DNA of 64,000 nucleotides from Spironucleus salmonicida (Eukaryota): NCBI RefSeq assembly GCF_000497125.1, contig NC_090600.1, positions 248,001 to 312,000 of the forward strand, read 5' to 3'. Shown piece by piece: positions 56,257 to 64,000 of this stretch (position 1 is its first letter; each line of letters starts with the position of its first letter). The notes under the pieces were generated by a model. It saw only the letters and a program-made list of their open reading frames with translations, ran no database searches and was not told where the DNA came from. The position numbers and the translations under genes were made by a program.

Positions 56257-56364
56257 TTTATAAATTAATTAATTAATTAATTAATTTGAAATAATGATTA
56301 AATAAAGAATTAAAAGTTTACAATAATTATTTGTTTATATATTCATAATAGTTATATTATAATC

Positions 56365-57897
<1,533 letters not shown>

Positions 57898-58344
57898 ATT
57901 TTTATTTTGTATATAAAATAATTTAATATATAAACTGACTTATCGGAAAATAATAACTTTAGTTTGTTTTAAAAATACAATCCATATACTATCTTATATA
58001 TCATTTTATTAATATTACCAACAAAACAATTATTAACCTAATTATTAGTATATAATTAACAATATACAAATTATTCTAAGTCTGTATTTACCCATATTAT
58101 TATAATTAAACATGAGAAATAGAAAATTTTAACTCCTATACAAGTTAAATCAAATATATTTCATGATTATCTAAGATACGCAATAAACCACTAAAAATCA
58201 AAAATTTCATTACTTAAAAAAACACCAAATACTACTTTAAAACGCAAATAAAACTATATACTCTAACTTATACGTAAAAACCACAAATAGCCAATATGAG
58301 TGAAAACCGCAATCTTTAAATCCGCAACCGTTATCACCTTATAA

Positions 58345-60192
58345 TCACATATCATCCACTTTGACCATATTTTAGCCTATCCAAGTCTCGATGCTCTCGA
58401 CTCCAAAAACTTCTGAAAGCTCTATTTTTTCTTCGCCGTATATTGCCTCAAAAAGATCACCTTTTTTCTGAATTACATTTAGAATTTGATTTTCCACTTC
58501 ACTTCCACCATCGACGAAAACACTTAAAATTTATCTAAATTTACTGCTCACGCGCCTGATCCGACCCTCTGCCTAAACGATTCCAGCCGCCGTCCAGCAA
58601 AGCTGCAGGAAGAAGCAGATACCACAATTCGACAAATCGAATCCCAGATTCGCGCATTCCATTGAGAGTGCGATCTTCTAAATTTCATCGTCTTAGAACT
58701 AGCGAATTAGCGTCTTCCGCTCTTAAATTGAAGTTCTACCATCAATTTTGGGGCATATGCTTTGAAGGGCATCCGCTACTTAAATTGAGCTAAAAAACAC
58801 AACTGATTTGTGATTAAAATTTTTGTAAAAATTCAGAAAAAACGGTAACTTCGGGAGCGTTGACGCAAGTTGAAGGAGAGCTGGACAAGAAGGTGTGGAA
58901 AGTTGATTTGTTTTTGGAATCATTATTTAAAATTTAACTCTTTTTACCGCTGGAATCGGCAGCAAATCATACGATCGGCGGATTGAGAAGATTTTTAGAA
59001 TCTAAGATAGTTCTTTTACGTTTTTATGGGCAATAATTTTTTGGTATTTTTTCGTGTTCTCAGTTATTGCATAACGGTCTTAAAAGGCTTTCATTGTAAC
59101 GTTGAGCCCTAAAATACGTAAAATTGAGTATAGCTCTGTACTATTGTTCAGAGCTGGTGTTGCAGTTAAAATCGCTACATTAGTAATCTAATTGCAAAAA
59201 TTTACTAAAAGTTGAGTGCGTTTTGCGGTAATATCTTTATACTCATGAAATTCGTCAATCAAAAGGCTAGTAAGCTTCAAATTCAGGCCGTCGTTAATAA
59301 TCTTTTGAAACTCAGTAAAAGTGAGTAGTAAAATTACTTTTTGTAATGCTGAGTTATTAAATAACTGTATAAAATTGTTTGTTTTATGTATTTGTGAATA
59401 ATCCATTAATGAGTATTTTTATTATTTTTGAAGAGCGTAGAATGAATTTATTTCAGTTTTCTTTTTGCTCATTTCTACAAAATCGATCCCTAATTATTTT
59501 ATTGTTTTCACCCAATTTTAATGTACTATAAATGGTGCAATTATCAGTATAGGTTTTTAGAAATCTAATAAAAAGATTAAGGACGGTAGTGATTTTCCAA
59601 GTCCAGGAGAATCTAGAAATGCGAATTTTTCAAATTTCCTGGCCTGATCTAGTCCTAATTGTTGATGTGGAAAAAGGGGAAAATCAAAAATCAAAGTTGT
59701 TCTTTGAGGGGACTAATTTTTATTTTAAAATTATTCTATATCCCTAAGAATTAAAGATATAGGTTCCAATTAATACTAAATCTGAAAGAAACCATACTAA
59801 TTCTCTAATGTTGTTTTAAGTTGTAGTTAATTAAATTTTTGAGCGTTTTAAAATTATATTTAGTATTCAAAAATAGAGTTATTACCTTATATTTAGAATC
59901 CTGGCACACGTTAATCTACCAGAGATTAAAAACAAACTGGAAGATAAAAATGTTATGGAAATCCTTCAACCTATGTAAATTATGCGATAATAGTTGTAGA
60001 GAATGTAAATGTAATCTTGTAAAATTGTTTATACTTTTTAATAATAATATCAGGACTCTATATTTATGGAGCAGGCTTAAGTAAAATTCTAATTTTTTAT
60101 CGTTACACTAATGATAATTATGGCTATATATCAGGCTATTATATAGAATGGTATTTCTTTTCTTTGATTCTGATTTTAGTATTATTGTTCAT
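58345..60192 (-). CDS. SNF2-family (SMARCAL1-like) helicase/ATPase (615 aa)
   Basis: LFPHQQLG, DSPGLGKS (motif I), LIIAP...QNW (Ia), IDEFH (II), LTATP (III), IDGRTSIQER, NLGFDL, QAEGRIRR (VI). Confidence 0.88.
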
Positions 60193-60616
60193 TTTTATTT
60201 GTATAACTAACTAAATAGTATAATAATAATATAGTGTTTTAATACTGTAATATAAAAATTAAAAATAATTTATATATGCATTCATATTTAAACTATAATC
60301 TTGTATTGAATAAATAAATGATATGGTAGCTATGCTATGAAACAAGATCCCAATTATAAAAAAAGTCATTTTATTAGGTTTAAAGATAGGGAGGTCTACT
60401 TAGTAAAATTAAGACTTTGATACTTCATTATTCTTAATAGATATTGGTTGTATTATCAATCATTGCAATATATCGAAATTTATAACTGAACATAATGCAT
60501 CTAAGACATTAATTATATATAACTTTCTATATTTAACCTACAATAAATTAATAAAGCAAAAATATTTTTTGCTTAAATTTATGTCTACTTATATAATATT
60601 AATTTAGTATCTTAAA

Positions 60617-61063
60617 ATGCTATCAGATGACTGCACGAAGCTGTGCATGAAAACGTGCGTGATCGTGAACGACTAGTCAGTCTGCCCGGGGAACCTTACC
60701 TGGACCACCCTGGTCTACATCATCGCCGGCGGCGTGATGGCAGTGTGTCTTCCGCTCGTTGTGTACAACATCTACTGCTCCATGAAGCACCGTGCTGGCT
60801 ACGTCCGGCTGCAGACCAGCGGGCCCTTCTTCAGGTACGTCACCATGGACGAGATCGAGCGCCTGCGCGGCGAGAACGTGCCTCTGGTGCAGAGCCAGCG
60901 GCCCGCGCCCAGGAGCGCCGCAAGCACGTCCAGCGACCCCGAGGTGCCGCAGGAGACCAGAGCGGTGCAGAAGGAGCCCGTCTCCCTCAAGTCGCTCCAG
61001 AAGCACAAGGCGCCCACGTCCAGGTTCGCGTTCCAGCCCACCTCGCCCGCGAATAATGAGTGA
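60617..61063 (+). CDS. Cys4 single-pass membrane protein, paralog C (148 aa), GC-rich
   Basis: MLSDDCTKLCMKTCVIVNDQSVCPGNLTW-[TM]-NIYCSMKHRAGYVRL; extends track ORF 60734. Confidence 0.75.
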
Positions 61064-61082
61064 GTTCTGCACTTCACGCCCC

Positions 61083-61437
61083 TCAGCGCAGCCCGAAGTC
61101 GCGCATGAACACGTCCTTGAAGTGCTGGCGCCGGAAGCAGCCGACGAGCTGGAACCACTGCGCGTCGAAGTCCGCCAGGTTCGCGCGGAACAGGTGCACC
61201 AGCGCCAGCATCTGCAGCTGGTCCACGAAGAGCCGCAACAGCAGCACCAGGTCGTAGCAGGTGAGCCGCTCGCGACTGTCCAGGGCCTGGGCGAACTCCA
61301 CGCGCGCCTGGTCGCTGAAGATCTCGTGTGCGAACGCCGCGTACAGGCGGTGCCGCAGAGATAGGTGGGGCTCTTCAATCGGCTCCTGCCGCTCCCCCTC
61401 AGGCTCTGAAGAACGGTATATGCTTGTGACGCGACAT
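61083..61437 (-). CDS. Candidate ODC antizyme: ORF1 (61437-61399) plus +1-frame ORF2 (61400-61083)
   Basis: ORF1 MSRHKHIPFFRA-TGA. ORF2 has strongly G/C-ending codons, no 5' ATG, and contains LVLLLRLFVDQLQMLALVHLFRANLAD...LVGCFRRQHFKDVFM, resembling the antizyme core LLEFAEEQL...VFICFHKNRED...LLRTFSFLGFEIV...FM. Confidence 0.55.
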
Positions 61438-61861
61438 TCTTATATTATGCTGTTACAAGTTACGATGAATTTGCATTAATTTATAATATTAGCTCGTTTC
61501 AGAATCTTTATAATATTTAATTTTATTTCCCATATTTATCATAATGATTATTCAGTAAATCAATAATTTTTAAAGAAATCATGGTTATTACAACAATAAT
61601 ATTGAATTTTTAGTAAATATATAAAATTTGAACTCTACGGTTTTGCCTATATAAATTTCAGATAGCATAATATATCTAGATTATATAGTTTCATGTTTTT
61701 TTAATTATTTAAATATAAGTAATAACAATATTATAGAAAATTAATTAATTATTTATAAAAAACAATATCTACAACAATATATTTCAATAGAGAAAAATGT
61801 GAAGTTAAAAGTAAGTTTATAATATAATATATTATATTTATTAAACTTCAGTTTGTTTAAA

Positions 61862-62632
61862 ATGTCGTTCTTCCATTTCACATCATTCAATTCATTCTCA
61901 TTAATACATTTACCAAATGAAGATAATTCTTCATTACTTTCAGATAATATATCTATTTTGAAGGAATGCATTGATCTTTTTTAAGAAATCAAACCATTAC
62001 TTCCAGCTTCTGTTAAGCTTCATAATAACTTAAAATCAACATCAGATATAACTCAACTAATTAATGATCTTAAAGACCTTAATTTAGAGCGCCAACAAAG
62101 AGATACATGGACATCACTTGACCACTAAAATTTTGTCATTGGTTTAGCAAAGTTTGGTACTAAAACTAACCTCATTTTAGACTTTGTTGGAACTAAGACA
62201 CGAAGATAAATTTAATCTCATTTGCAAAAATATGAGATTAAACTTAAACGTACTATCTAAATATCCACTTAATCAAAAATAATTAAGCTCCCAGTAACTT
62301 TTTTGAATACTTTTATACAACAACTAAAAGAATGGAGAATTGAATATGAACTTAATTGCACCCCAGAAACTAGATCAATTCTATTATAAGATTAAATTAA
62401 CGAAGAATATTTTTGTGAATCAACAGTTACGCTCAAAATAAGTTCAACACTATCTGCTCCAATTTAAATATAAATATTATAAACAGCTAAACCTGCAGTT
62501 AAAATGTATATCAAATTATAAGATCTCCAAGATCCTGTTATTTTTACTAGCCATTATGCTTGTGAATAAACTGGTGTTTCTTAAAGGGAACTAGCAATCG
62601 CTTGTTGCTGTTTGTATTTCTAAATAAAGTGA
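61862..62632 (+). CDS. Myb-like (SHAQKYF-class) DNA-binding protein (256 aa)
   Basis: WTSLDHQNFVIGLAKFG...FVGTKTRRQIQSHLQKY. Confidence 0.88.
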
Positions 62633-62668
62633 AAAGTGATATTTGTATATAATAGTTATTTTATAAAA

Positions 62669-62995
62669 ATGTAAAATTCTAAAATTTCGGATGTTACTTT
62701 GATACAGTAAAGCAATATTATTCTAGGAATCTTAGATTAATGTTTTAGTATAATGCCTTAGTAATATATAAACTAATTGACTAATTTTTTAAAAGAAATT
62801 CGACAATTGTATGCACTATCTATTGCTAAAGGTTAAAAACGAGAAAGTTTGATTTAATGGCATTAGAAATTAGTCAATTAATATCCTATTATGTTAAAAG
62901 CTATATAATCTATAGGTAATATAGTTAGTTTATTATGCAACGAGTTTATAAAAATATAGCCTTTGTTAATTTAGTTTATCCCTTAAAAGACTGAA
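62669..62995 (+). CDS. Small hypothetical protein (108 aa)
   Basis: Open frame only. Confidence 0.35.
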
Positions 62996-63103
62996 AATGA
63001 TTATACAAGAATGAAGTAAAGTGCATAATTAGGCAAATCTATATTTTTTTCACAAACTAATTTGCAGTAGTCTAAATAAATCTAAAACATAACATAAATA
63101 CCA

Positions 63104-63352
63104 ATGTAAACATAGCCGAGTTAATAAAATATATAATAATCATAATAAACTATTCCTACAATCAGTAATGATAAAGAATTAGCTAAAACAGTAATAAGGT
63201 AACTTGTGGTAGGAAATAAAATGAAGATTAGTGAACTCAAAAATGTATTAAGCGAGTAATAATTGACAGATTAATTTTTTGCTACAACGGGTATTTAGAT
63301 AAGTTAATCAATCAAAAAGGAAGTTGGTAGATTAATTGGTTGTGATATTTGA
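63104..63352 (+). CDS. Small hypothetical protein (~82 aa)
   Basis: MQTQPSQQNIQQ...LIGCDI; start uncertain. Confidence 0.4.
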
Positions 63353-63588
63353 ATATAATATAATACTAATTAAATCTGTAACTGTAAACATGTACAACTC
63401 TATGTTTATTTTATTTTAATAGTGTGTGACTACTTCTTGAATATATTTATATAAAGTAAACTTTAAGTTGTCAGAAATATATTATATTATAACTCTCTGG
63501 TAGAATAGATTTTCTAATCAAATTTCTGCATTCATATCTCAATATATTAGTCTGTTTACTATGCAATTATTTAGTAGGTATATGAAGA

Positions 63589-63873
63589 ATGACAGAAGGA
63601 ATTTAAGAACTAATTGAGTTATTAGCAAACAGCCAAATAACTGATTTAAATGTTATTAGTACAGTAAATAGTTCAAATATTATCAATCGAGCATCAAAAT
63701 TGTAATAGAGACCACGGGGGTGGACGGATAAGTAAAAACGAAATATGGTTATTGCAGTTTAAGAATTAGGATATAATTTATAGGAGATTTAAGGCAAATA
63801 CTTCAAAGAGATGACTTTATAACAGCTGAAGAATTAATATTTTTATATGAAGAAAAATAATCTTTTAGATTGA
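63589..63873 (+). CDS. Small single-repeat Myb/SANT protein (94 aa)
   Basis: WTDKQKRNMVIAVQELGYNLQEIQGKYFKEMTLQQLKNQYFYMKK. Confidence 0.7.
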
Positions 63874-64000
63874 TTTAAAATGATAATATTTTTCTCACTT
63901 ATTTAATAAGAATTATTGATATATTTAAATACTACATGTGTTATAAAGTATTACAAAGAGTAAAAGAATTTGAAAATACAATTCATAAATTGTAAAAATA

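Noticed and set aside
56263-56286. (AATT)n palindromic run
   Set aside because: Short low-complexity sequence in an AT-rich spacer; no evidence of function.
60643-61479. Several overlapping track ORFs (60643+, 60677-, 60792+, 60799-, 61060+, 61261+)
   Set aside because: Expected stop-poor shadow frames of GC-rich DNA; third-position GC supports only 60617-61063(+) and 61400-61083(-).

Overview
Compact, very AT-rich eukaryotic DNA with no intron needed in any gene model. It uses the non-canonical code TAA/TAG=Gln with TGA as the only stop, so the supplied standard-code ORF track misses almost every gene. Short AT-rich spacers, flagellar genes and this code point to a hexamitid diplomonad (Spironucleus/Hexamita-like; inference). 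Re-translating by hand gives about 50 CDS. Recognisable ones are IFT74, an ODF3/SHIPPO repeat protein, an RCHY1-like CHY/RING ligase split by a G10 run, an N-acylated LRR-PP2C, an EF-hand protein, VAP, VID27, Rab GDI, SGT1, a RING protein, Spec3/Stum, CCDC96, LCMT1, a pseudokinase-kinase, a SNF2 helicase and two Myb proteins. Two giant genes carry near-perfect internal tandem arrays (774 bp and 57 bp units). The most striking candidate is at 61083-61437 (-): a short ORF1 ending GCC-TGA overlaps a +1-frame ORF2 that has no 5' ATG and resembles ornithine decarboxylase antizyme, suggesting a polyamine-sensing programmed +1 ribosomal frameshift gene. Three paralogs of a Cys4 single-pass membrane protein family I do not recognise also cluster at 54.5-61 kb. 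All family assignments come from motif recognition by eye; no database search was run.
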